A stretch of DNA of 64,000 nucleotides from an uncultured Candidatus Binatia bacterium (GCA_965214605.1 OZ243961.1:2912001-2976000), one strand, 5' to 3'; counted from the stretch's first letter, positions 9,275 to 19,565 are shown. The notes: generated by a model not told the origin, from the letters alone. Program-made: numbers and translations.

Positions 9275-10501
9275 ATGCAGTGCTTCTATCTTCTTATCGT
9301 CGTATTTTTTTTCTTCTCTCTGCCTTCTCCACAGCTCCCTGCACAGATTCCCATATTACAAGGACATCTTGTGGAGCGAAATCGCCTCAAGCATCTGGAA
9401 GAAATGGCTCGGCATCCCTCTAGCGAAGTCAGAGAGGGAATTGCTCTTAGTGCTTATCAGTCTGGAGAGGAGACGGCGAAAAAACTTTTTAGTATTCTGG
9501 TCAATGATTCCGCCCCTGCCGTGAAAAAGGCGGTGGCGTTTTATGCCAGCCTATTGGGAGGCGAAACCGGGGAGTATTTTCTGACCAGCCTGGCAAGTGA
9601 TCTTAGCCTTGATGTGAGAAAAGAAGTTGCTATCAGAGCCTCTGAACTAGGAGGCAAGGAGGGTGAAGCGGTTCTTGCCATTCTAGCTCGGGATGAAGAC
9701 CTGACGATTAGACGATTGGTCGCACAACACGTCGGCAAATTAGGAAACGAACGGGCGAGAAGCCTTGTGAACGTTCTTCTTCGGGACCAAGAAACACGGG
9801 TTCGCATAGATATCGCTCTCAATGCCCACCTCTTTGGCAAGGAACGAGCAGCTGAGCTGCTCTTCACTTTAGCCCATCCGGATGAAGATCCCTCGGTGAA
9901 AATCATAGCCGCTTCCAGCGCTTACAAACTGGGGGGTGAGCCGGCCGAAAGGGTACTCTCCCGTTTGGCCCTAGACTCAGACGCTCGAGTCAGGAAAGTG
10001 GTGGTGCTTCGTGCCTGCCAGTTGGGGGGCCAAGTGGGAGAGAAACTTTTCAGCACTCTGATTCGCGACCCGGACCCTGAAGTTCGGATGGAACTCGCCC
10101 GTCATGCCTGTCAATTAGGAGAGGAAAAGAAGGAAGGGATATTTCTCTCTTTGGCCAAGGACCCAAACCTAGAAGTGAGAAAAGCGGTGGCTTTCAGCCC
10201 CTATGATTTAGCTTGCAACAAAAAGGGAGACGATGTTGTGAGCGTTCTGCTTTTGGACCCGGCATCCGAAGTGAGAAAGGCGATGGCTCTTTATGCGACT
10301 CAACTAGGAGGGGTAGAGGGAGAAAGAATTTTGAGTATGCTCCTTTTGGACCCGGCATCCGAAGTGAGAAAAGATCTTATTGTCAGGGCTACCCAATTAG
10401 GAGGTGACGGGGGAAAAAGAATTCTTCAACGCCTGCTTCGCGACAGTGACCCTGAAGTGGTAAGAAAAGCCAAAGCGGCGCTTGCCCAATACCCAGTCTA
10501 G
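9275..10501 (+). CDS. Exported HEAT-repeat protein
   Basis: Signal peptide then about 12 repeats of ~31 aa, consensus L..D....VR..VA..A..LGG..GE..L.. Confidence 0.88.
   Translation: MQCFYLLIVVFFFFSLPSPQLPAQIPILQGHLVERNRLKHLEEMARHPSSEVREGIALSAYQSGEETAKKLFSILVNDSAPAVKKAVAFYASLLGGETGEYFLTSLASDLSLDVRKEVAIRASELGGKEGEAVLAILARDEDLTIRRLVAQHVGKLGNERARSLVNVLLRDQETRVRIDIALNAHLFGKERAAELLFTLAHPDEDPSVKIIAASSAYKLGGEPAERVLSRLALDSDARVRKVVVLRACQLGGQVGEKLFSTLIRDPDPEVRMELARHACQLGEEKKEGIFLSLAKDPNLEVRKAVAFSPYDLACNKKGDDVVSVLLLDPASEVRKAMALYATQLGGVEGERILSMLLLDPASEVRKDLIVRATQLGGDGGKRILQRLLRDSDPEVVRKAKAALAQYPV
10250..10371 (+). repeat. Identical 29-nt direct repeat with 93-nt (31-codon) period inside HEAT gene
   Basis: cttttggacccggcatccgaagtgagaaa at 10250-10278 and 10343-10371. 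Confidence 0.9.
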
Positions 10502-10512
10502 AGGAGGAAACT

Positions 10513-12213
10513 ATGGCCTATGATGTTGTGATTAAGAATGGCGCTGTTATTGATGGGACGGGCAAGTCGTCGTACCAGGCCGACGTGGCCGTTCTGGGCG
10601 ACCGGATTGCCGAGGTCGGGACAATTAGCGCTCCGGCAAAACGGACGATTGATGCCGAAGGGCATCTGGTGACGCCGGGTTTTATTGATATTCATACCCA
10701 TCTGGACGCCCAAATCAGCTGGGATCCGGTCGCGTCCTCGTCGTGCTGGCACGGCGTGACCTCGGTGGTGATGGGGAACTGCGGGGTCACTTTTGCTCCC
10801 TGCCATCCAAAAGACCGGGAATATTTGGCGCATCTGATGGAGTCGGTTGAGGACATCCCGGCTGAGAGCATTCTGAGCGGTATGCCGTGGACGTGGGAGA
10901 CGTATGGCGAATATTTACAGGCCCTCGACGTGCTGCCGAAAGGTGTCAACGTCGGCGGTCTCGTCGGCCACTGCGCGGTTCGCTATTGGGCTATGGGTGA
11001 AGAGAGCCTAGAGAACAGGCCGGCCGACCCTGAAGCAATCGCCCGCATGCGGGATATCGTCGAGGAGGCCATTGCTGGGGGGGCGCTGGGATTTTCCACA
11101 TCCCGAACCATTCTGCACCGGACACCGGAGGGCCAGCCGGTGCCCGGCACTTTTGCGACCACCGAAGAACTGATGGGTATCGCGAGCGCGCTGGGTAAGC
11201 TGGGATGCGGTGTGGTGGAAGCCGCTCCAGGCATTGATAGCGGGCAACCTGAGGATCTCAGACGCGAGGTGGACTGGATGACCGAGGTCAGCCTGGCGAC
11301 CGGCCGGCCAGTGACCTTTGGTCTGGCCCAGAGCCGTCCCCATCCGCAGGCATTTGCCGCCATGCTCGACCAGATCAGTGACAGCAATGCCCGCGGGGCT
11401 ACTGTCGTGGCCCAGTCAACAACTCGTGGCATCGGGGTGTTATTCGGCTTTGTGAACCGCACCCCGTTTGACCGAGCCCCGGCCTGGCGTGCTCTCCGTA
11501 CTCTGCGTCTCGACGAAAAAGTTGCCAAGCTGCGCACCCCCGAGTATCGCGCCACCATGATCGAACAAGCGCTGGCCGACCCACCGCCAATTGATTTTAG
11601 TCAGATCTTTGTCCTGTCCGAGGACGAAGCCCGCTATGACCACCAAGCCCATGACAGCCTGTACGCCCACGCCCAGCGGCTCGGCGTCAGCCCGGCCGAG
11701 GCCTTCATTCAGCTGTCTGTCGAGCGCGGCGGAAAAGCCCTGTTCAACTATCCCTTTTTGAACCCCCAGTTTGAGGCGGTGCAGAGCATGTTGGATCATC
11801 CGCACGTGGTGATTGGCCTGGGCGACTCCGGGGCTCACTGCGGACAGATCATGGATTCCAGCCTGCCGACCTATTTTCTCAAGCACTGGGCCCAGGAACG
11901 CGGGCACTTCACGGTAGAGCAGGCCATTCGCAAATTGACCGTAGACCCGGCCCAGCTGTTCGGGATTCAGGACCGGGGGGTGATTCGTCCCGGGGCATAT
12001 GCCGACCTCAACGTCATTGATTATGACAACCTGCACCTGCCGCCGCCGACCTTTGTGCATGACTTCCCGGCCGGGGCTGGCCGCTACATCCAGCAGTCGT
12101 CCGGCTACAAAAATACCCTGGTCAACGGTCAGGTCTTTATGGAAGGTCTGGAGCACTCCGGCGCCCTAGCTGGCCGGGTGTTGCGCAGCACCTCGTCAGA
12201 ACTGGCCCGCTAG
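10513..12213 (+). CDS. N-acyl-D-amino-acid deacylase family amidohydrolase
   Basis: PGFIDIHTHLD, HGVTSVVMGNCG, GALGFSTSR, GLGDSGAH motifs. Confidence 0.9.
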   Translation: MAYDVVIKNGAVIDGTGKSSYQADVAVLGDRIAEVGTISAPAKRTIDAEGHLVTPGFIDIHTHLDAQISWDPVASSSCWHGVTSVVMGNCGVTFAPCHPKDREYLAHLMESVEDIPAESILSGMPWTWETYGEYLQALDVLPKGVNVGGLVGHCAVRYWAMGEESLENRPADPEAIARMRDIVEEAIAGGALGFSTSRTILHRTPEGQPVPGTFATTEELMGIASALGKLGCGVVEAAPGIDSGQPEDLRREVDWMTEVSLATGRPVTFGLAQSRPHPQAFAAMLDQISDSNARGATVVAQSTTRGIGVLFGFVNRTPFDRAPAWRALRTLRLDEKVAKLRTPEYRATMIEQALADPPPIDFSQIFVLSEDEARYDHQAHDSLYAHAQRLGVSPAEAFIQLSVERGGKALFNYPFLNPQFEAVQSMLDHPHVVIGLGDSGAHCGQIMDSSLPTYFLKHWAQERGHFTVEQAIRKLTVDPAQLFGIQDRGVIRPGAYADLNVIDYDNLHLPPPTFVHDFPAGAGRYIQQSSGYKNTLVNGQVFMEGLEHSGALAGRVLRSTSSELAR

Positions 12214-12236
12214 CCAGAGATGAAACCCCCCTTAAC

Positions 12237-12277
12237 GAAGCCATGTCCCGGCTATATCGAGCTTGGGACATGGCTTC
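12237..12277 (+). terminator. Hairpin/likely terminator after amidohydrolase
   Basis: 13-bp perfect stem gaagccatgtccc / gggacatggcttc. Confidence 0.6.
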
Positions 12278-13090
12278 CCCGTCGCTTGTCTGTTGTTCAT
12301 CGTCCGCAGCAGGCTGATGAAGACATCCCCTAGTCCCTCACACTTCTCTCACTTCCAGACGATCCCGGTGCCTATTGCGAGGAGAAAATAATCGACCTCG
12401 TCTTGCAGTGTGTCCCTCTCCGACACCTTACGAGACGTGCGGGAGATTGCCTGTTGCCTTCCCACTGCCCTTGATCTCGAAACGTGAGCCCCCCTTCTTG
12501 TGCTTTGGAAGCGCGCGTCTTTGAGAAAACGGGGAAAGTCGGCGACAGACAGAGCGGACGGGGTGAGGATCCCCTTGTCTGTGGCGTCTCGATGTTTACC
12601 GATTGCTCTCTGCCCCCGCACCTTTTCCGGCAATGACCACCGTGCATGTATAATCCATCGGTCTGCCAAACGAGGCAAAAGGCAGGCCCGTAGCGCCCGA
12701 TGTGGTGCTGCTGGGCGCGTTCCGCTCTCGGAATGACTGCTATTGGGAGGTCGAACTCCCAGCCTCACCCGCACTTCGGTTGGAGACATCGGGTCATTCC
12801 AAAATGAGAGTCTGCCTGTCGGCTGCACCACCGATTGCTCGACGGTCTCTCTGTCAGGGGTGTCATCACCGTCCGCTCTCCACTGACCAAAAACTGGTCG
12901 TGTTGACGGAAAATAGCAGAAAAATCGGGGAGGCGGATGAGCCGAAAATCAGTTTCGCGCCTGCGAGGTATTGGAAATATCGCCAAGGGACCGCAGAGAG
13001 GCCCAGCAAAGTCTGCCGGCCTTGCGCAAGTTGGGCGAGAACGCTATTGAGGAGGCCTAGCCTGATAAGCGTAAATGAGGAGGGCAAGGT

Positions 13091-13462
13091 ATGGGTCAGC
13101 AGCCAAGCCGTGGCCTGGGACACGCAATTATCTTAGGGACAGCCGTGATCGGCATGTGTCTCGTTGCTCTGGGCGGGGTCGCCGCTCAGGAAGGGTATCC
13201 CGAGGGGTACAGCCCGTCGGAGCCGGCCGCTGAGGGTGAGACCAACGTGTTGGCCCGTTTTGCGTCTGTCTCTACCTATATGACGGATAAACTTGAAGCC
13301 GCCGGCGGCAATGACTCGCCCATTTGCTATCGCAACTGTCTTACCGTCCCGATCAATGACATTCTCGACTGTCTGGAAAAAAACAATACCTATGCAACCA
13401 GCGAGTCGTGCGAGCTGGACGCGGTCAATAAAATGGCGGCCTGTGACCCCACCTGCCAATGA
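13091..13462 (+). CDS. Small exported cysteine-rich hypothetical protein
   Basis: RBS GAGGAGG; signal peptide ending VAA-Q; six Cys in the C-terminal half. Confidence 0.7.
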   Translation: MGQQPSRGLGHAIILGTAVIGMCLVALGGVAAQEGYPEGYSPSEPAAEGETNVLARFASVSTYMTDKLEAAGGNDSPICYRNCLTVPINDILDCLEKNNTYATSESCELDAVNKMAACDPTCQ

Positions 13463-13470
13463 CCGCCGAC

Positions 13471-14526
13471 TCAGCCAAAATGGGGTATGACGTCCCGGGC
13501 GAAGCGCTCCATTGAGCGAAGCGTATCTTGGTGACCGAAATGGCCGAAGTTGAAATACAGAATGACCTCTTCAATACCGGCCGCTTCACACTGCTTAAGG
13601 GTCCTAATACACGCTTCGGCATCTCCGGTGACAATACTGCGCTCCCCGACCTGCTCGGGTTGCATGTTCTTGAGCCGCTCGACAATATCGGCAAAATAGG
13701 CAATGTGGGGAGGCGCGGAGGCGCGGTCGGCGGGAAAGGCTGGCAGGATCGCTTTGAGATAGCGCAAGAGGCGGGCTTTGGTTTGGAGAGCCTCGGTTGG
13801 ACTATCGACCACATTGACAAAATAGGAGCACTTGGCCCGGGCGTCCGTATGCCCGGCCTCGGCAGCTAGCCCTTTATAGGTCTGGACGGCTTCGCCAACA
13901 CTCCCGAACATCATGGCCGCGGCAAAGGGAGCAAAGAGTGTGTGGAAGCCCTTGTCCGCCGCCATTTCAACAGTCGGACGGCTGAAACAGGCTACATAAA
14001 TGGGCGGGTGCGGCCGCTGGACGGGCCGCGGCACACAGCTCACCGGCTCCGGCAGTTCATAGAACTGCCCGTGGTAGGTGAACGCTTCTTGCGTCCAGGC
14101 CACCCGTAGGAGTTCCAACCCCTCGGCAAAACGGTCGCGGCTTTCCTCAAACGGCGTGGCCAGGGCATCGTACTCGCGCTTATCATAGCCCCGGCCAGCT
14201 GAGAATACAGCCCGGCCCTGACTGAGCAGGTCGAGCAGGGCAAAGTCTTCGGCCACCCGTAGGGGATGGTGGCAGGGCAGCAGCACGGTGGCCGGAGCCA
14301 GTTTGATGCGGTTGGTCTGGGCGGCCAGGTGCGACAAGAAAACGGCCGGGGCGGGTAAGCAGCCAAACAGCCCAAAGTGGTGTTCCGGCACCCAGGCCGA
14401 GTTGTAGCCCAACTCTTCGGCAACCTGGCACTCTCTGAGTACCTCGCACAGGAACTGGTTTGGGTCGCGCCGGTTGACACCATAGGCGGGTGGATTATCG
14501 GTCAGAGTGAAATAGCCGAATTTCAT
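13471..14526 (-). CDS. LLM-class flavin-dependent oxidoreductase
   Basis: AEELGYNSAWVPEHHF, HPLRVAEDFALLDLLSQGR, PRPVQRPHPPIYVA. Confidence 0.92.
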   Translation of the reverse strand: MKFGYFTLTDNPPAYGVNRRDPNQFLCEVLRECQVAEELGYNSAWVPEHHFGLFGCLPAPAVFLSHLAAQTNRIKLAPATVLLPCHHPLRVAEDFALLDLLSQGRAVFSAGRGYDKREYDALATPFEESRDRFAEGLELLRVAWTQEAFTYHGQFYELPEPVSCVPRPVQRPHPPIYVACFSRPTVEMAADKGFHTLFAPFAAAMMFGSVGEAVQTYKGLAAEAGHTDARAKCSYFVNVVDSPTEALQTKARLLRYLKAILPAFPADRASAPPHIAYFADIVERLKNMQPEQVGERSIVTGDAEACIRTLKQCEAAGIEEVILYFNFGHFGHQDTLRSMERFARDVIPHFG

Positions 14527-14601
14527 ACAGTCAGTTTCAATCCTCGTCTCGCCCGTAGGGTTGGGGACTCCGACAGGGGCAACCTGCCCCTGTCAGACTA
14601 C

Positions 14602-15255
14602 TTAGCCGCCCTGCTGCTGTTTTTGCAGCGCCTCTAAAGCGGCTCCCTGCTCGGCCAAAACTCTCTTGGTCGAGTCCCGCTCTTGAATTTTTCCCCACCA
14701 GGCGGCCAGTTTCGGACGTCCTTCGATCGCCGGTTTTTGGCCAAAGGCGGGCAAGAAGGTGTTCATAAAGAAAATCGTCGGTGTGAGCGCGGCGTCGGCC
14801 AGGCTGAAGTCAGCCCCGGCTGCCCAGCCCTCATCCGACAATTGTAATTCAAGGTGGTCGAGTCGGCCCTGAATCTCGGCCATTTTCTCGTCAATAAAAC
14901 TCTGCTCAAGATCCTGGCCGAACAGTTTCGGAAAGCAGGCCCGCAGTGGTGGATCAAGATAGAGGTCGTGCAGACGGGTGAAACTGCGCACCTTGGCGCG
15001 CTCTTCGGGGTCCTGAGGCAACAGCGGCTTGTCCGGAAACTTGTCTTCGAAGTATTCGTTGATGAGTTCGGATTCGGCGATGATCTGGCTGCCGGTATCG
15101 AGCGCGGGGACTTTGCCCAAGGGGTTGATCTTCTTGTACTCGTCAGACCCCATCCCGCCGGGCGGTTCGGTTAGTTCGATATCCAGGCCCTTTTCATAGG
15201 CGGCGACGCGACATTTTGAGGCGAAATTGCTAAGTGGTACGCTGTAGAGCTTCAT
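14602..15255 (-). CDS. Glutathione S-transferase
   Basis: MKLYSVPLSNF, INPLGKVPAL, ESELINEYFED, FSLAD motifs; RBS AGGAGG. Confidence 0.92.
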   Translation of the reverse strand: MKLYSVPLSNFASKCRVAAYEKGLDIELTEPPGGMGSDEYKKINPLGKVPALDTGSQIIAESELINEYFEDKFPDKPLLPQDPEERAKVRSFTRLHDLYLDPPLRACFPKLFGQDLEQSFIDEKMAEIQGRLDHLELQLSDEGWAAGADFSLADAALTPTIFFMNTFLPAFGQKPAIEGRPKLAAWWGKIQERDSTKRVLAEQGAALEALQKQQQGG

Positions 15256-15769
15256 GCTTCCTCCTGATATATGGCGGTGTTCGGGAAATATAAGAGAATT
15301 GGCACTAAAACTATCCTGCACTGCGCGTGCGAAGTCAAGCACGAATTCAGGTTGCGAGTGTGTGAAAAGTGGTGATAGGACAGGCGCACGATGGGTGTCG
15401 TACGCAGCTTAGTACCCCCTTGGGCGGTCTTCTCCTGTGGGGGACCTTTACCCCGTCTGCGGCGCCGGCACGCATCACGCCCACATTAAGGTCAGCCGAG
15501 TTGACTCTCCGACCTTTGAGGGGCGGAGCGGTGGCACGGTTGAGTTGATAAGAAAAGTTGGGGCTGAGCGTTTGGTGTAGGTGCTCCTGTTCTCTCGCCA
15601 GACCTGGGCCTGTCCCGGGCTCCAGCGAGTGGGCCTCCGTCAACAGGCGCTCTGTCGCTGGGCTCCAAGACAGGGGTTGCTCTTGGCAGAAGATGCCGCG
15701 GCGTATATTGCTGATGAGAAGCACAAGGCGTACTCCGTCCGCGACTAAACGGCCGTCAAGGAGGATTGC

Positions 15770-16810
15770 GTGGAGTTTGGTTTATTTTCGCTGTTTGACT
15801 TTTTCCCCGATCGTCAGAATGAGGTCCAGTACTACCGCGACACGCTCGACGTTGCTGTTGCCGCCGAGCAACTCGGCTTTGACTCGGTGTGGTTTGGCGA
15901 GGAGCACTTTTATGCGTTTGGGATTTGTCCCAGCCCTCAGTTATTTCTGACCGCGCTAGCGCGGGAAACGTCCCGGATTCGTTTAGGGACCTCCATCAGC
16001 CTGCTGCCGTTTGAAAATCCGTTGCGCAAAGCCGAAGACTTTGCCATGCTCGATATCCTGAGCGACGGACGGCTGAATTTCGGGGTTGGACGCGGCCTTA
16101 TTCAGAAGCACTTTGAAGGATTTGGGATCAAGCCGCAGGAGAGTCGCGCGCGCTACGAGGAGTCCTTAGAGATTATCCGTCGAGCCTGGACCCAAGACCC
16201 GGTGGAGTATCAGGGAGAGTTTTGGCGCGTCCCGTCCCTCTCCCTGAGTCCCAAGCCGTTTCAAAAACCCCACCCGCCGATCTATCGGGGCACGATCAGT
16301 CCCGAGTCGTACGAAAGTGCCGCCGTTGCCGGAGACAACGCCTTTGTGGTGCCGTGGTTGACCGCTCCGCACCCCAAGGTCAGAAAGCGCGTTGAGGACT
16401 ACCGCCGTCTGCTCAAAGAACACGGCCATGGGCAAAAACGGATGACGTTCATCTTCTGGCTGTTTGTCGACCCCGATCATAACCGCGCCATTCGTGAGGG
16501 GCGAGAGGCGATCCGTGCCTATACCAATCTGTTCACCTCGTTCGTGCCGCCCGAGCTGATGAGTCGGATGAAAGCCGACGATCCGCTCAAAACCTTCTTT
16601 AAGTTTGTCCGGGCTATGCCCGATCAAATCGAACAGCGGGCCGTGGTTGGGACTCCGGCAGCGTGCCGGCGACGTTTGACCGAACTGAACGAGGAGTTTG
16701 GTTTAGACCAGGTCGCGTTTTATTTTCACGCCGGAGGCCGAGATATCGGCCGTGTCAAGGCCGGGCTGGAGTTGTTTGCCAGGGAAGTCATGCCAGAGTT
16801 CAGGCCGTAG
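15770..16810 (+). CDS. LLM-class flavin-dependent oxidoreductase
   Basis: AEQLGFDSVWFGEEHF, NPLRKAEDFAMLDILSDGRLNFGVGRG, PKPFQKPHPPIY. Confidence 0.92.
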   Translation: MEFGLFSLFDFFPDRQNEVQYYRDTLDVAVAAEQLGFDSVWFGEEHFYAFGICPSPQLFLTALARETSRIRLGTSISLLPFENPLRKAEDFAMLDILSDGRLNFGVGRGLIQKHFEGFGIKPQESRARYEESLEIIRRAWTQDPVEYQGEFWRVPSLSLSPKPFQKPHPPIYRGTISPESYESAAVAGDNAFVVPWLTAPHPKVRKRVEDYRRLLKEHGHGQKRMTFIFWLFVDPDHNRAIREGREAIRAYTNLFTSFVPPELMSRMKADDPLKTFFKFVRAMPDQIEQRAVVGTPAACRRRLTELNEEFGLDQVAFYFHAGGRDIGRVKAGLELFAREVMPEFRP

Positions 16811-16835
16811 AAGTGATTCCTAAGGAGGGAGTACG

Positions 16836-17615
16836 ATGTTGCTGAAGGATAAGATCGCGATTGTCACCGGGATCGGGACCGGTATGGGCAAGGCTATCGC
16901 TTTACGCTACGCCAAGGAAGGCGCCCATGTGGTGGGGGCTGAGATTGACGAGACGAGCGGACAGCAGACCGCGGCCGAGGTTGACGTGCATGACCGGCGC
17001 GGCCTGTTTGTCAAGACCGATATGGGCAAGCTTGACGAGATCAAGGCGATGGTCGCCACAGCCGTGGCGACCTTTGGGCAGATTGATATTCTGGTCAATA
17101 ATGCCGGGGTGACCCGGAGTCTGGGCTTTTTTGATGTCACCGAAGAAGACTGGGACTGGATTCATTCGGTGAATGCCAAGGGGGTCTTCTTCTGCATGCA
17201 GGAGGTGGCCCGCGAGATGGTCAAGCGGAACGAGGGGCGCATCGTCAACATCGCCTCCATTGCCGGCAAGGGATTTCGCGGCACGTCGAATATCTCATAT
17301 GCCGGCTCCAAGGGGGCAGTCCTTGCCATGACCCGGATCGGCGCCTCGCAGCTGGCCAAGCACAATATTAACGTCAACGCCATCTGTCCCGGCGCAACCC
17401 GTACCAGCCTGTACGAGCGGGTGATGGATCAACTCACCGAGCGTGAGGGCATCAGCAAGGCCGAGGCGATTGCACGCATGGACGCCTCGATTCCGCTCAA
17501 ACGCTCAAACACCCCGGAGGACATCGCCAATATGGCCGCCTTCTTGGCCTCGGACGAGGCCCGCAATATCACTGGTCAGTCTTTCAATGTCGACGGCGGC
17601 TTGATGTGGGACTAA
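16836..17615 (+). CDS. SDR family NAD(P)-dependent oxidoreductase
   Basis: TGIGTGMG, NNAG, YAGSK, ITGQSFNVDGG. Confidence 0.93.
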   Translation: MLLKDKIAIVTGIGTGMGKAIALRYAKEGAHVVGAEIDETSGQQTAAEVDVHDRRGLFVKTDMGKLDEIKAMVATAVATFGQIDILVNNAGVTRSLGFFDVTEEDWDWIHSVNAKGVFFCMQEVAREMVKRNEGRIVNIASIAGKGFRGTSNISYAGSKGAVLAMTRIGASQLAKHNINVNAICPGATRTSLYERVMDQLTEREGISKAEAIARMDASIPLKRSNTPEDIANMAAFLASDEARNITGQSFNVDGGLMWD

Positions 17616-17633
17616 CTCAAGAGATCGTTGACG

Positions 17634-18320
17634 GTGTTGCTCTCAGGATAGGAGCATTGTCACCGGGATGCGGTATAGGGAAGGCGCCCATGTGGGAGGT
17701 CGCGATTGATGAGGCGAGTGGACGGCAGACCGCGGCGGAGGTCTAGCACCGAAGGGCGGGGGCGGCACGTTTGTCAAGACCGATATGGGCAAGCCTGACG
17801 AGATCAAGGTGATGGTCGCCGTGCTGACCTTTGGACAGATTGACATTGTGGTCAATAAGGCCGGGAAGGCTCGGAAGTCACCGACCTTTCCGCTGTGACT
17901 GAGAAAGACTAGGACCGGATGCATTCGGTGAAGGGGAGCTTCTTCTGCGGGCAGAAAGTGGTCCGCGAGACGGCCAAGCGGAACGAGGGGCGCATCGTTA
18001 ACATCGCCTCCATTGTCGACAAGGGGCTCCGGGTCACAGCGATTACTATGACCCGGCTCGGCCCTGGCAACTGGCCAAGCACAATGCCGTCTGCCCTGGT
18101 GTGGCCCGCACCGGTCTCTATGAGCGGGCGATTGACCAGCACACTGAACCGAAAGGTCTCAGCGAGGCCGAGGCGATTGCACGCATGGACGCCCCGATTC
18201 CGCTCCTCACCCCTCTTCCCCGGCGGACATCGCCACTATGGCCGCCTTCTTGGCCCCGGATGAGGCCCGCAGTATCACGAGCCAGGCTTTCAGTGACGAC
18301 GGCGGCTTGCTGTGGGACCG
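17634..18320 (+). pseudogene. Decayed tandem copy of the preceding SDR gene
   Basis: Colinear nucleotide matches to 16836-17615 (e.g. tttgtcaagaccgatatgggcaagc, aagcggaacgaggggcgcatcgt, gccgaggcgattgcacgcatggacgcc) broken by many indels and stops. Confidence 0.9.
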
Positions 18321-18344
18321 ACAAACTGAGTTGGAGGAAAATTC

Positions 18345-19565
18345 ATGGCTCAAGGAATGGATCATCTACTGTCTGACTTACGCGTTCTTGATCTAACCCG
18401 CGCCTTAGCCGGCCCGAGCTGTACCCGGATGCTGGTGGAAATGGGGGCCGAGGTCATCAAGGTTGAGCCCGCTCCGAACGGGGATATGGTCCGCAGTATC
18501 TCGGTCTTCCGCAATGACCGCAGCCTGTACTACGTCCAGCAGAACCGGGGCAAAAAGAGTCTGTGCGTCAATCTGCGTGACCCCCAAGGGCTGGCGCTAG
18601 TGGCCGAACTCATCCCTCAGGTGGACGTGGTGGTCGAGAATTTTAAGCCCGGGGTGATTGCCAATATGGGGCTGGGCTATGAACGGCTCAAGGAGCTGAA
18701 GTCCGATATCATCCTGTGCTCCATCTCGGCCCTGGGCCAGAGTGGCCCGCTGGCCGATACGCCTGGCTACGATTACATTGCCCAGGCCTACTCGGGAGTC
18801 ACGTCAATGATCGGTGAGCCGGACGACGCTCCATATATTCCGCTGGTCGGGCTGGGCGATGTCAGCACCGGCGTCCACGCTGCCCTGGCGATTGTGTCGG
18901 CCCTGCGCTATCGCGACCGCACAGGGATTGGCCAGCATTTGGATATCGCACTGCTCGACGTCTACTACCACTACCACGAGGCCAATGTCGAAACCTATAG
19001 CGGTAGTGGCGGGGAAATCGAACCGACCCGTAGCGGCCGCTATATGACCTATGCCTGCCCGTGTGGGGTGTTTCGAGGCAAGGGTGGCTATCTGGTCATC
19101 ATGGCCCTGCTGCACCACTGGAAGGATTTGTGTAAGGCGCTGGGCAGAGACGAACTGGCCACCCATCCGGACTACATCACCGACGTCAAACGGCTCGAAC
19201 GGCGTGACCAGATCGTCACGATGGTTGAGGACTGGCTCCAGACCTTCCCCGATATGCCGAGTGCCGTCAAGTGTTTGGAGCAGCACGGGGTGCCGGTTGC
19301 ACCAGTGCTATCGGTAGCCGAAACAGTCCATCATCCTCATCACCGGGCCCGAGGAACTGTGCGGACGGTCACCGATCCATTGCACGGTGAGTTTGAGATA
19401 CCGGGTATGCCGCTCAAGTTCTCGGAATTTCCCGAGCCGCTGCCGCTAGTGGCGCCTACGCTCGGACAGCACAATGAAGAGATCCTCACCACCTCTCTGG
19501 GCCGCTCAGCGGAAGATGTCCAGAAGCTGCGCGAGGCGGGCGTGTTACTGGAGAAGAATAGCTGA
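18345..19565 (+). CDS. CaiB/BaiF family (class III) CoA-transferase
   Basis: LRVLDLTRALAGP, GAEVIKVE, NRGKKSL, VENFKPG, GDVSTG, APTLGQHN. Confidence 0.93.
   Translation: MAQGMDHLLSDLRVLDLTRALAGPSCTRMLVEMGAEVIKVEPAPNGDMVRSISVFRNDRSLYYVQQNRGKKSLCVNLRDPQGLALVAELIPQVDVVVENFKPGVIANMGLGYERLKELKSDIILCSISALGQSGPLADTPGYDYIAQAYSGVTSMIGEPDDAPYIPLVGLGDVSTGVHAALAIVSALRYRDRTGIGQHLDIALLDVYYHYHEANVETYSGSGGEIEPTRSGRYMTYACPCGVFRGKGGYLVIMALLHHWKDLCKALGRDELATHPDYITDVKRLERRDQIVTMVEDWLQTFPDMPSAVKCLEQHGVPVAPVLSVAETVHHPHHRARGTVRTVTDPLHGEFEIPGMPLKFSEFPEPLPLVAPTLGQHNEEILTTSLGRSAEDVQKLREAGVLLEKNS

Noticed and set aside
12744-12761. Minus-strand gggag-ttcgac-ctccc resembling a tRNA T-arm
   Set aside because: No acceptor stem, D-arm, anticodon arm or CCA could be built around it; not called tRNA or tmRNA.
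12520-12900. ggggaaagtc resembling the RNase P RNA GAGGAAAGUCC motif
   Set aside because: The matching 3' ACAGAAnnCGGCUUA element is not present.
15340-15770. Divergent intergenic region with short ORFs as a possible riboswitch
   Set aside because: No known riboswitch consensus or convincing extended structure recognised.
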